A DNA stretch of 64,000 bases from Raillietiella orientalis (taxonomy: Eukaryota): positions 620,001-684,000 of the forward strand of contig JAYWIR010000057.1 of assembly GCA_036172245.1 (NCBI GenBank). The letters are read 5' to 3'. The translations under genes were made by a program, and so were the position numbers. This document shows positions 11,901-23,556 of this stretch, piece after piece. Within the stretch, counting starts at the first letter, position 1; each line of letters opens with the position of its first letter. A model generated the notes under the pieces. That model was not told where the DNA came from, searched no databases, and worked only from the letters and a program-made list of their open reading frames with translations.

Positions 11901-14900
11901 TGAGCAGAGCCGCACGGTCTGTTTTTACCACCCGCTCGAATTGTTCTTCCAGGGACACCAAAAACGCTTGCCCGTCGCTCAGGCCGCTCCGCGCATCCGA
12001 CAGGCTCTTTTTGCGCCGAGGGCACCGACCCTGCTTCCTTGCCAGCGAAGCAACAGAAAGTCATCCTTCCATCGTGGGAACACCAGCTCTTCTTCGATGC
12101 GTCCATCAACTTGCATTCGCATCAGTCAGCAGAGCCACCTTCCCAGCCGACCAATGCCGGGGTTTCACAAGCCCTCAAGAGTATCCCTAAAGGCTATTGA
12201 GTAATGAGGAGGTGGACAGGGAAGCCTTCGAGACTCACTCGGAGACACGTTCCTCTGCCGCTCGATCCTTGGGAAGTGCTTCACCGGAAGCGTCCAGGTG
12301 ATCGTCCATCTGGAGAGACGCTTTGATTGATTTGGAGATTTCATAGGGTATCTGGTTTAAGAGTTTAGCGATCCCGAGCACTCCTCGCTTCGAGAACGGC
12401 GCTTCCGCGCAAAGGAAAAACTCCAAGTCATTTGTTTTCCTAGCAGGAGGACTACTCTTACAAGCCGCATTCTCTGAGCTCCAAAGCCCGAGGGTTTCTT
12501 TGCCTATGAGACGCCCAAGTGTGCAGATTGCACAGCATGCACACACCTTTTTGTCCGGAAATGCAACTCGGTAAGCCCCACGGCAAAATTTGCAATACTA
12601 CGTCATATAATGACATGGGGGCGCCGCCGTCGCATCAACGCACCAGCATGTTCCCCACGACCACCATCTCCTCTTGGTCCGCGGGATCACACCTTGATTG
12701 TACGCACCGACGTTTATGTGACTGAGGGCACATGCAACGTATGTAGGGTCAGCTTAATGCGAGTATGAGCACGTGTATGCGCACCCATTTTTATGTACGC
12801 GCAGACACCGGGGCATCCACATGTTTGCAGCGAAGCGACACTCACAAGGCTCTCCTGGCCTCCTCCTCTCCACGATGCGCTGTCGTCTCCGGGTTCCCAT
12901 CATTGTCCCTGACCTTTGCCCTGCTTTGTTTCTTGTCTTTGAGTTCTGTTCTTTGCCCATGGAAACCACCAACCTGGAGGAATGAACGAGAAGATACGCC
13001 AGTGTGTATGATTTGTCGGATGTTGAACCCACAGGGATGCGACCCACTGGGTGGTTCGTTGCGATAACGAACGGACCCGCCTCCGTTCCTTCCGCATCCC
13101 TGGCTGGCGACTAAAGAAGCGCTCAGACAGAAGAAAGTTTCTCCCGAGAGGGAGAAACTTTCTTCCTCGACTGCTAACGAGAGAGGATTGAAAAGCGAGA
13201 AAGGGAGCGAAAGTGGGTGCTCCGACGGGGGTTTGGCTGGAGGAGCGAACGTCTCAAAGGGACGTCTGCAGTCTGTCTCTGTGATGCTCTACGAAAGCCG
13301 TGGTACTGAGTGGACCACCTTGAAGGATGCTTGGAGAGCAGCAGGAATTCAGGCCGATCTCAGGCGAGGTCGGGAAGATCCAGAAATGCTTTCTCGAGCT
13401 CTGCAGAGTGCATGATGTCTCCTAATCTTCACTGTTTCTAAAGAGATATGCTCGATGCTTTCCAGACTCCCGCCGCTTCCATGGAGATCCGAGAAAGAGG
13501 CTTTCTTCCAGCTAGAGAATCCTGAAAGCTGCCAACTCACCAATGGAGGCTGGTCCTGAGCCACTGTCCACGGAATGGATCGTGGAGGGGGTCTGAGTCG
13601 CCTGCTTGCTCGTGTCAACGAGCTGTTCGTCGGAAAGCCCCTATTACCGCTCCCTCTACCATCGGTTGCACTTCGGGCAGGCCAGAGAAGAAGGGAGGGC
13701 GCACCCGGTGGATACTCTTGCAGGAAGTCGCACCTACCACAGTGGCCAGCTCTTGGCCGCCTCCCCGTGGCTCCCATTCCCGATCCCTCACCACCTCTCG
13801 ACCTGACTAGATGCGGTTCCTCTAGCGCCCGCATTCCCTGCTGGCAACAGATCCCCATCGCCATGGTTATGTCGGTTTTACTCCTACCTACCAGCTGTTC
13901 ATCAGGCCATCCCTGCCCCACTCCAAGATTAAGGGTCCACGGCTTGTTCTTGCTCATGCGGGCGAGGCGGAGTAGGCGCGTTTGATCCATGAACCACCCT
14001 CCCGCTTGCAAAGGATTTGCAGGCCTCTCGTAGAGGTTCCACGTTGACCTTGGATTCATGACCCTTCTCTCCGGCGCGACCCGCCGGAACAGAATAGGGG
14101 GAAGGAAACGCAGGTCCTCTTCCCCCCTCAGGAAGTGGAACCAGGATGGTTTAGCCGGGGAGAGGGACATACCAGGAGTCCAACGAGGAGTCGGGATCGG
14201 GAAGCGAACGGGGAGCCTCCTTTTCTCCCTACTGCGCTTTTGACCTGCCACTGGGTCTACCTGCTGGAGAGGAGGGAAACAACCGCTCTCCGCTTCCCGT
14301 TTCCCCGGAGACTCCTTCACTTCAAGGACGAGTACGCGCTGCCTGTACGGCCTCCGGGAAGGCTACCTGCACCCGACTGTCTCCCACGGGAACGAAAGCG
14401 AAGTCGAAGTCCTGGGGGTATCCGGAATTCGATTGGTCCTGGTATGCGCGCTCAGGCGGGGGCTAAGATGACAGACGATCCTGGTGGGTAGCGCGATGCC
14501 TCGCCGAGGACCCGATGTTCGTGGAAGCCAGAAGGAAGGGGTGGGACGATGGGGAGGAAAGGAAGAACTTCCTAGAGAGGGTCTCCTCCTCCCTGCTGCT
14601 GCTCAAATACTTCCCAGCAGAGGAAGGTCTGTAAGTTCAGGATCTCGGGGCGACTGCAGTCGACCTATGACCTCACTTCCCCCCCTTCTCCCTGAAGACC
14701 TGGGACTGTTCGCTCCCATCTTCCCTGGCACCGCCAGGGAATACATGGTGCTGGAAACCCTCCTTGACCTCCCTGACCTGCTTGCAGGAGCGCTCGCCGA
14801 GCCACGGAGAGCAGTAAGGAGGAGTTCCCGCCTCCGCCTTCTTCCTCCTCCTGCGAGCTACCCGCTTCTGCGCTGGCGCTCCCAGAATCCATGCGCTGCC

Positions 14901-15368
14901 TCCCGGGGGAAGCCTTTAATTCCCGAGCACCGCTCTTGGAGCCGGCTGTCCCACGGCTGAGGCGACCCGGGAAGGCAAGCAAGGAGAGAAACAGAGGTAG
15001 GTGGAAGGGGAGGGGCAGATCCCATGGGGGTACCCCTTGCGCTCCCTTCCTGTTGGGGAGATCCCGGAATTCCGTCTCTCCACAGGAGGAAGTGCGTGTG
15101 CGCTTCCCCCTGGGGAGGAAGTCGACGAACTCCCGCGGGAGGGAGAATCGTCCCCGGGACGAACACAAAGGCCTTCAGGCCCGATAGCCTTGGTGAACCA
15201 AGAGGAGGAGGACGTGACTCCCCTCTGTTCCTCCTGAGCTGCCCCCAGAGGCGAGGGGGGTTGCAATGGCTCCAAGTGCGCGCTCGACCTCATGCCGAGC
15301 GGACGCCCCAGGAAGCAGTGCCGCTGACCTCCGTCTACGCCCAGGTGTCCTGGGAGCACACCGATACG

Positions 15369-15492
15369 ATGGACCAGAGAGGCTGCTTCTTCCTGGTGGC
15401 TCTCCTCGCCCTGGCCCTCTGCGCCACTGCTCAGGGTGTGCCCTCCCGAAAGCTGCCCTTCAATGGAAGCATCTACGGCAAGAGATCACGAG
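15369..15492 (+). CDS. SIFa: SIFamide-family neuropeptide precursor, coding exon 1 (signal peptide, VPSRKLPFNGSIY, GKR)
   Basis: ATG at 15369: MDQRGCFFLVALLALALCATAQG-VPSRKLPFNGSIY-GKR-SR. The RKxPFNGSI core is the SIFamide signature and GKR is the amidation/dibasic cleavage signal. Phase-1 donor G|GTGAGT at 15493. An upstream acceptor (CTGAC branch ... CCCAG|G at 15344) suggests a 5'-UTR intron. Confidence 0.93.
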
Positions 15493-15567
15493 GTGAGTAA
15501 GAAGGTGGGCTCAAGAGGGGAGGGATCGCGCCCCGTCTGCCCCCTCAACGGCCCTTCCCCCTTCCAG

Positions 15568-15668
15568 ACGCCACCGACGAGTCCTCCCGCCTGCTCATGT
15601 GCGAGGTAACCGTCGCAATGTGCACGTCCCGGTTTCCGGGACTCTTCGCACGCCTCCGGGATAGGTAG
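15568..15668 (+). CDS. SIFa: SIFamide-family precursor, coding exon 2 (Cys-containing precursor-related peptide)
   Basis: A 75-nt intron ends CCCTTCCCCCTTCCAG|AC. The in-frame join gives DATDESSRLLMCEVTVAMCTSRFPGLFARLRDR*; the MCEx5C..F two-cysteine motif is typical of SIFamide precursor C-termini. Confidence 0.9.
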
Positions 15669-15928
15669 ACGGCGGTGGCGGCGGCGCCCCCGATGCCCGG
15701 ATGGGGCGCCCTCCACACCCAGCCCCTCTCCGGCCCCCTCTTCTGCGCCGCCGTCCTCCTCCCGGTTCTCCGCGGGCCGCGGTCCCGGAAGGAGGGCATG
15801 GGTCGGGGAGGGTACGCTGTGCGCTTTCTCCCGCCCGCAGGAACGCGCGGCCCTGGACTTGGGAAGAGTCCCGGCCCCGTGCTGCAATTGGGAGCTCGGG
15901 AGAGGGCGGGGAGCGCTTCTGTGTCGTG

Positions 15929-15934
15929 AATAAA
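15929..15934 (+). promoter_or_regulatory. candidate polyadenylation signal of the SIFamide-family gene
   Basis: AATAAA about 260 nt after the stop codon, in an otherwise very GC-rich stretch. Confidence 0.55.
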
Positions 15935-18900
15935 GGGATGCAGGAAGGCGCGGCTCTAGCAAAAGGTCGGGAGGGGGACTGAGGGGGCAAAAGAGCAAGA
16001 AGTCCCAAGGAAATTTTCCCCGAGCTACGCCCCTCTCGAGCCTCGTTCCCGACGTGGTTCTGGGAGAGGGCCAGACAAGGGGGAAGGGGCCAGGAGGGAG
16101 GATGATCCTGATGGGCCCTGAGGTCCCCGTGCATCCCAAGGGAGCATTCGCTCTCCTGAGCGCTCCTTCCCTGAGAGGACCCTGAGGGCTCCGGAGTTCC
16201 CAGTCAGAGGACCCCTGCCCTGACACTCTCGGTTTCTTCTCCGAGGGGGAAGCAGATAGACATCCCAGGGCATCTCAAGGGGCCGCCACTTCTCCTGAAA
16301 TGACGACCACCTCCCAGCAGAGGGCAGTCGACATTCTCACCCAATGAGCTCCAGGAGGGTGCTGCGCCCTCGGGAAAGGGGGTCGGCGGGGGTAGGTTTC
16401 TTCCTTCAGGTGGGCGCGGGAATAGAGCCATCAGTAGGAGAGTGAAAGTGGCGTATCGAAGGGGAGGAAACTTGGGGCAGAGAGGTTCGACTCGTTGCCG
16501 GGAGACGGCGCACCGCTTCCTTCCGGGAACCCCGGCTCTGTGCCGTTTCTCGGCGTTCCTCTGGCAACGAGTTCCGCCCTCGGAGGCCGGCGAAAAGGAT
16601 GGGCAGACTCTCCGCTTGCGTCCACCCTCCGCTCTCGGGCAGGATGGATCACCTCCGCTCCGCCTGATCCCGGAATGTCGAGGTCTAGGAGTCGCGTCCT
16701 CGCAGGCACGGTCACCCAAGCCTCGGACATCCGGAATCCGCGTCTCCGACCCTGACTCTGACTCCCGCAGTCTAGGCCCTCCTCTTGCGCCTCCGGGGGT
16801 CGTCGAGGAGCCCGCTTCGTGGACCCCCGCCTCCCTGGGTGCCTGCAGGAACGCGCCCGCGTTCTCCGCAGCGGAGGCTGAGGACTATCAGGGACGGCGG
16901 CCACCTGCCTCGTGGGACCCGTAGGGTCGTGGAGAGAAGGGAAGCCACGCCCGGCCACAGCGTGCGGACGCCTCGGGGGCTTCTTTTGGCTGACGGCTGC
17001 AGACCCCGGACCTGGCCCACGAGAGGTGGAGCGGTCCTGCCACTGCTTCCAGCGGATGAAGAGCGCGGAGGTTCCTGAGGACCGGAAATGCCCGGACCCT
17101 GCGCGTCCCTGTAGCTCTGCGACAAGGAGCCATCAGATGACCTTAGGAGGACAGGCGAAACGTGGCGCCTGAGTTCATTTTCCCTGCCGGTTTTTTCCGT
17201 GGCCTTTCCGTGCGTAAGGCAAGAAGTCGCGAGGACGCCCGACCCCAGCTGGTCCTTGGAGCGACCCAGGAAGACGGAGGATGTCGCGGTAAGGTAGGGA
17301 CCAGTCGGGGTCCCTCGCCATCCCGAAAGCGGGTTTCGGAGTAGCTCCGCATTCCGAGACCACCACTCCACCTTCCAAATGCAAGAAAACGAACTTCCTC
17401 CCTCCCTCCGTTCCCCCATTGGGTGCGGAATCCCAGTTCTGTTCGCGGCACTAGGCGTGTCCGACACGGACGGGGTCTTTCCCGAAGTGGCTGCCGATGC
17501 GGGTGCTCTCCTGATCCGTTCCGCATTCGGCAGAGGCGGAAGGGCTGCCCTCGGGTACTCGCCCGCTGCCCTGCTCGGATTTCCAGAGGAATCCCCGCCA
17601 GCTTTTTGATCTACCCCAGGAGCGTGGGCGGTCGCCCGCTCCGGCAGCGGCGTCCGGAGTGATTGGGAATAACATGGGACGTGCGGGGACTCCGCAACGA
17701 GCGGGGGAGGCAGAAGAAGTACCCCGGCATGCCTATTTGGTCCCAATGGATCGATACGGGGTCGGCGGCGGTGTTTCCTTCCGGGTTCCCAGAGCCCCAT
17801 CCACCATCTCCGCAAGCGCTCGTCTCGCAGTCCGCGGAAGACTTCGGCGCTGCAGTCGCCTACGGGGAAGGAGGTGGGTGTTGAAATGTGGTGACCTCAG
17901 CTATCCCCGTCCTCCCTCTTCTCCTTAACTGCGGCCCCGGAAGGCCCAAGGGAACGCATGGAGGGTGCGACCGCGAGCGCAGAGTCATCCCGAGTTAGGA
18001 CGTCCATCCTCTTGAATCCGCCCGCCTCCACCAAACCGGAAGGTCGTGAGCGGAAGGGCCATAGCCGTAGAGGGCCAGCCCTGTACCCAATGACCATACA
18101 TGCCTACCTCTACCTTCTTTGGTGCCAGAGCTACTTTCAGTCATCGCTGAGCCTTGATGGCGCCCCCAAAGGGGCTTCAGAGAACCGCTCGCTGCGCGCA
18201 GCAAGCAGTCTCGCGTTTCCATCTCTGGGAAGAAAACTTTTGCAGCAGGTCCTCCTCACAGGAATCCACCCAGTCTCCCTTCTGGGTTCTCCCTCTCGTT
18301 CTTCTCCCTCCCAATCCTCGCATCCGAAAATCAGGAACCTCAGTGCCACGAGGAGGACCTCCGAGAGAGACCTGCAGGCTTTCCGCTGCGTGCCGCCCGT
18401 CCCTCCGGCAACTCCGGGGCCTTCCCACAAGGTCGCCGGAATCAATTCGAGAGTCCCACGAAGGTGAATAAATCCCCATCGGTGGGCCCTGCCCGGAGGA
18501 GAAGTCCCCTCCGCGAAATTGCAAGGAGGTGCCGCTTCACTCTCGATGCGCTGAGGACGCGGCCTCGCCTAAAGCGGAAGAGATGCTGCTGCACCGTCCG
18601 GACTGGACTGGAATCTTCGGCGTTTCATCCAGAAGGAGATGGGATGAGACAGCTTCAGGCGGATGAGAGGGCATGGAGAGGACGGTATCAGGACGCAGCG
18701 ACAGGTGTCCCTGGATTCGGCGAGGAAGAGAAGTTTGAGATGAGGTTGCAGCTTCTCCCGGGAGGCTGCAGCTCCGAGAAAGAAATGAGAGAGCCGACGA
18801 CTCGAAGAGTCCTCACGTCGGCTGTGTGCTTTCTCTTCCCTCCCCCCTTGACGGATGACCGAAGGGAGGGACAAATCCCATCGCGTGGCAGGGCTTCCTG

Positions 18901-21900
18901 ACTCGTTCTTCCTCTCTAGATGGCCTCGGTCCTCGCTCTGCCTTTCGAGCCGCTTTGGCGACCCCAGATCCAGGTCCAGTGCACTGACCGAGAGAGACAT
19001 TTTCGGAGCGTCGGGGGGTCCCTTCGGATCTGTTTCAGGAACGGGCTCCAACGCCGTCCTGCGACGCCGGACACTTCGGACGGATGGGGCAGCTGACCGC
19101 GAGAGACCTCGTAGGCTTGCACGCGGCCGCTCTTTCGCCTGTGCAGGTTCCGCCCCATCTGCAGTGGGAGCGACTCCCGGCATAGGGACCGACGCTGAAC
19201 TGACCCAAATCCGTCGCCAAAAATGCGCCATCGGTGGCGCCAGAATGGAAGTCCTTCGCTCCCCATTGAGGGTCGAACTGGAACGCACCCTCCCTCTTCC
19301 AAACGTGTGAAACTATCTTCCCATGAATCTTCTTGCATCGTCCCCTCCCGCCTTGCTCCGCTGAGAACGAGGAAGGGAGGTCTTTCGCGGTCTGGACATG
19401 CCGGTGGTTCTTCGTCCCGACGACCAGGAACGAAGACGCAGAGGGGAGAAGATGCCTCCAGGATCCACAAAAAGTGCAGCCTGCGTGCTCCTTTTAGATG
19501 CACCTCGCAAGCTAGTGATGAGTCCGTGGGCCAAACTTCCACTGGCTGCAAAGGAGGACCGGAAACTGGCTACTCCCTCTCCTTCCCCAGCACCTCAGCT
19601 TGCCTTCGACGGGCTCCAGAGACGCGCGGCTGCCGTGGGTCGACCGTCCCTCATTCCTCGCGCGGCACGTGTGGCACCTCGGTGGTGAAAAGCTACCCCC
19701 CCCCCTTTCCTTTCCTCCCTGGAAAAAACCGACCCCGTCTAGAGAGCGTGGTGTTTTCCACCCGCATGTATTTTCCGGCAGGGAATCCGCCCAAGGCACT
19801 GCTGCTTCTAAGCGGAGCGGGAAAACAAAGCAGCAGCCCACTCCACGGAAGGTCACCTGGCCGCGCACTCTCACCGCGTCCGCCCACCTCCGGTTCCACA
19901 TCGTGCTTTCGGAATTCCCCAGCACCGGGAAAGAGAACGTTTGGAGCTGGTGGCCGATCCTTGCGGCGGAGAAGGTCAAGGGCAATAAAAGTGGGCTAAT
20001 AAAACGAAGACGTGGGTCGCACGCCATCAAGCTTCAGTGACGGATCCTCCTCGCCTCCCGTGCTAACGGTTGCTTCCCCGATTCTCACAGGGAAAGCGAT
20101 TTACAGCCCTGCACGTCCTCGGAACCAGGAAACGGGCTGGTCAGTAGGCCGTTGGCGGAGCTTGGCTGAGTCGTCTTCCATGGCGCGAAGCCAGCGGAGG
20201 CAAGGAGCAACGTTTCTGGGCGCTCCAAGGGTGACTCCAGAGCACTGCAGAGGCGGCGAAGTGCTGGACTACGGGACGCTCACTCGAAAGAACAAGACAC
20301 GTCTCGAACTCCTAGCCACGCCCACGCCCGATACCTGGAGAGAAAGTGGCGCTGTTCAGCTTCCTCACCTGGCTCGAAACCGGCGATGAGAGGAGGAATT
20401 TCAGACATACCGAGGAAACTACACGCTGCACTCTCTGCACGAGGTGCTGGAAGCAAGAAATGGTTGCCTCACAAGTTTCGAGTTCCGTCCAGCAGGATGA
20501 TGCTGATTGGTCTTGGTCGGCCTCTGGTGCGGCGGCACTGGTGGAAGCCGGATGCCCACGTTGACTGGCCAGGATTTGGAATTTGACCTTTTCAGGAATC
20601 AAGAAGCCGGTTCCCTTCATGGTTTTCCTCCGGTAGTGAAAATGGAGCCGTGACCTCTCGTCTTGTCCCCTCTCGCCTTTACCCTTGTCTTCTTCCTGTT
20701 CTTTCGCTTCCATCACGGGCTCTTCACGCAAAGAAGCTCTTTCTCCACATTCACCCAACATGTGTGTGAATTGTTGCTCCTGAGATGGGTGGTTCTTTAG
20801 GGATTTTTCACCGAAACAGTAATCTTTGGTGAAGTAGAGAAGGTTCTGCCGTCTGATTCCTTAAGGCATGGAATTACGTGCACGCGCGTATCATGCGTGC
20901 ACATTGCGGGTTTCCGTACTGGCAACCAACGTGGATGGCATCTTCCTGCCTCTTCCTATCGGAAACCAGCCTCCCTCCCTTACAACCTGCAAGAGTTGTG
21001 CCCCTGCGAAGCTTCCAGGCAAAGGGATGCCATTTGCTGCTCGCTATGGAACGAATCTCCGACACAAGATGAGACGAGACGTTTCCTTTGCTTTCGACTC
21101 ACAGAAGAAGTGGCGAGTTCTTGAACAAAAGGAAAGAAAATTCATTCCTTTTAACGAACTGAAGAGGTTCGTTTCTCCGGGAGCGACTTTGGAGGCCTCC
21201 TCTATAGCAGTTCCCGAACGACGGGAAAGCACTTACTGATCTTCACGTGCGAGTGAGCATGGCTCCATTGCCTCTTTATGGATTTTTTCCAAAAGAATAA
21301 TGCTGTTCCACTAGATAAACGTCTTCCATTACATCGCAGATCCCAGCCCCGTTTGCAAGATGTGCTTCGAAGGATAATTCGACCAAGGTTTCATTGCCAC
21401 TCTCGAGCGCACGGAAACTGTTCTCCGGTTCGCATCCAGTGAGCAGCTGCAGAAAATCATCCAATTGCTTTTTTCACCAATTCAGCATCACTCTTGCATT
21501 CTTCTTTTCCGCTTTCTTTGCTTTCTTTCCTCACCCCCACCCACCCACCAGAGTGGATTCGCAATCCCACCTTCGGTGTTACCTGTTCCCTCTCGATCAA
21601 ATTGGTGAGGCTTTGCAGGAAGAACTCTCCAGACAGGAAAGTCGGCGATCCTCTTCACTTCCGGTTCTCAGCAACGAAACATTTGCCAGCTATTCGTTGC
21701 TTTCTTTGCTTTCTGCTCACTCGTTTAACCCTTTCGTTCTCTTTTCACTCGATTTTAAACAGCAGCCGCGTCGATGTTTGCATCCCTGGAATCTTCCGAG
21801 TGCAGTCCTGTAACCGCGTTACCACGGTGGCTTCTCAACCATGTTTTGAAACTGGGAGCAGCTTCGCCGGAACTCGTTTCGATCACGAGCCGAACGCCGT

Positions 21901-22199
21901 CCCCATTCTGGCTTCATCCCTCGTTGCTGCACATCGCGCTGGGCTTCAAGAACGCCTGGAGAAGCCCCTTATAAAAATGATACGATCAAGGCTATCGCTA
22001 TTTCATCTCGCATAAGCCTCGGAGGAAAAGAAAAGCAAAAACAAAAAAAAACACCCTCGATAATGAGGCCTCCTGCTGAGGGTCCATTGCGCCCTCATTC
22101 TCACATGGCGGCCGGAACCACAAGTTGGTACTTGCACATGTCTGGTTTCAAGTGACAAAAGGAGCCCTCCTTGTGTCTTCTCGTGCATGCCGCGTCATG

Positions 22200-22712
22200 C
22201 CCGCGTTGGTGGTCCGTGAGGCTGCGGTCTTCGCACCAGGCATCGCGGATTCGAACCCCACCCGGGAAAGGATCGGCGTCTAGAACCGGGGCTTCGTCGT
22301 GGGTTTCGATTTCCCCCGCAGGATGGCACTAGCTGACCCTTTAGACTTCCGCACTGACTGAGGCCGGAGGCCCCCGTCGACTAGCTGGGATTAGAATGTG
22401 ACCCTCTGGAGTCACTTTATTTTTGGAAGGACCTCTGAGGTCCTTCCAAAAATAAAGGAGCCAGTTCCCTTCGGGTCGCCCCTCCGATTGTGAAAAATAT
22501 GAGTCTATTGGCCTCCGGAGGGAATAAGGGAGAAGTTCCCTTCGGAGACAACCAAGGTAGATAGGTCCCTTCGTGGTTCCCTACCAAGCGTAGGAGGAAC
22601 GAACTTCTTCCTCCGTAGCCTTCCTGGATTCATAGGGTGGTCTCAACAGGGTTCCTACCCCCCTGCTAACTTGAAAAGTTGCACGCACCATCAGGTGACG
22701 TGGACAGCGTTC
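22200..22712 (+). mobile_element. SINE-like family A copy with intact tRNA-like head
   Basis: Head GCGTTGGTGGTCCGTGAGG (A-box-like) ... GGATTCGAACCC (B-box-like); tail CCTGGATTCATAGGGTGG...TAACTTGA...GGTGACGTGGACAGCG matches 8735-8812. Confidence 0.82.
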
Positions 22713-23432
22713 ATCTTAGCACTCAGGAGGCATCCCGCCCTACGGTAAGGGAACAGTAAGCGCTTGTAGGCCGGCTGAAACAACACCTGGAAGCCACTTC
22801 CCCACTCATCTCTCTGCTAACGTCTATCAGCCCGCAAGGGAAGGCGCAAACTCTTTCCGGGTCTCCGCCGAAGTGGCCTCAATAAACCACGGGAGAATTT
22901 CCAAAGTTACGGAGGTGAAAGAGCATGAAGGGTCTGTCTTTGTTTACACGGTGAGCATCAACTATTCTCTGCAAGCTTCCATCCAAGTCTTCCCAGTTTG
23001 AGCGGAGGGAGCTGTCAGAAGTTTCAGAAACACATTTTCTTTCCCGCTTTGAGACCTCGCTAGCGAATTCCCAGAAGAGTTCCCCTCCAATTCCCAGTGA
23101 AGTCCTGACCGTAGGCGTACAGAATGTCGAGGCTGCTTAGGTCAGAGATTTGTCCACTTTTTGTTTTATCATAGGCGAAAATCGAGAGACTTCCTTCTCC
23201 CACACTGTTGGACAGCTGTGGTACCAACCGTCAAAGTATTCACTCTCCTCTTCACTTCCATGCTTTCAAAACTTTTTTGTCTCTGCCCCTTTATACAGAA
23301 GAAAAGCCAAGCTCGTCTTCTTGTGCCAGGAGCGAATGTCCCATTCGCTCTCCCTTTCCTATTGAAAGAGACGCTAGCCTTCCATCTTCGACCCTGCGAA
23401 CGTACACCCTGGGTGAAAAGATTCCTCAACAG

Positions 23433-23556
23433 GATGGCTCCAATGTGTGTCTTCTGGTTCACGTAGCAGGAGACCAGGCTGCCCGGCCATGTTTCCAGCA
23501 CCATCAGTTCGTGCTGGAACTACGCATGCATCCCGCCACCGAGAAGACTGGGTTCG
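23433..23556 (+). pseudogene. cadherin-repeat-like exon with intact splice sites (part of the putative Fat-type remnant)
   Basis: CTCAACAG|GATGG acceptor and TTCG|GTGAGT donor. Reads DGSNVCLLVHVAGDQAARPCFQHHQFVLELRMHPATEKTGF, resembling the VxVxDxNDNxPxFxxxxY linker without its acidic Ca-binding residues. Confidence 0.45.

Noticed and set aside
22630..22645. Ci/Gli sites carried by the SINE tail (GACCACCCT/C)
   Set aside because: Mismatched to GACCACCCA and not conserved across copies.
23405..23520. Minus-strand protein-like reading FQHELMVLETWPGSLVSCYVNQKTHIGAILLRNLF
   Set aside because: No recognisable family and weaker splice signals than the overlapping plus-strand exon; treated as an antisense shadow, though not excluded.
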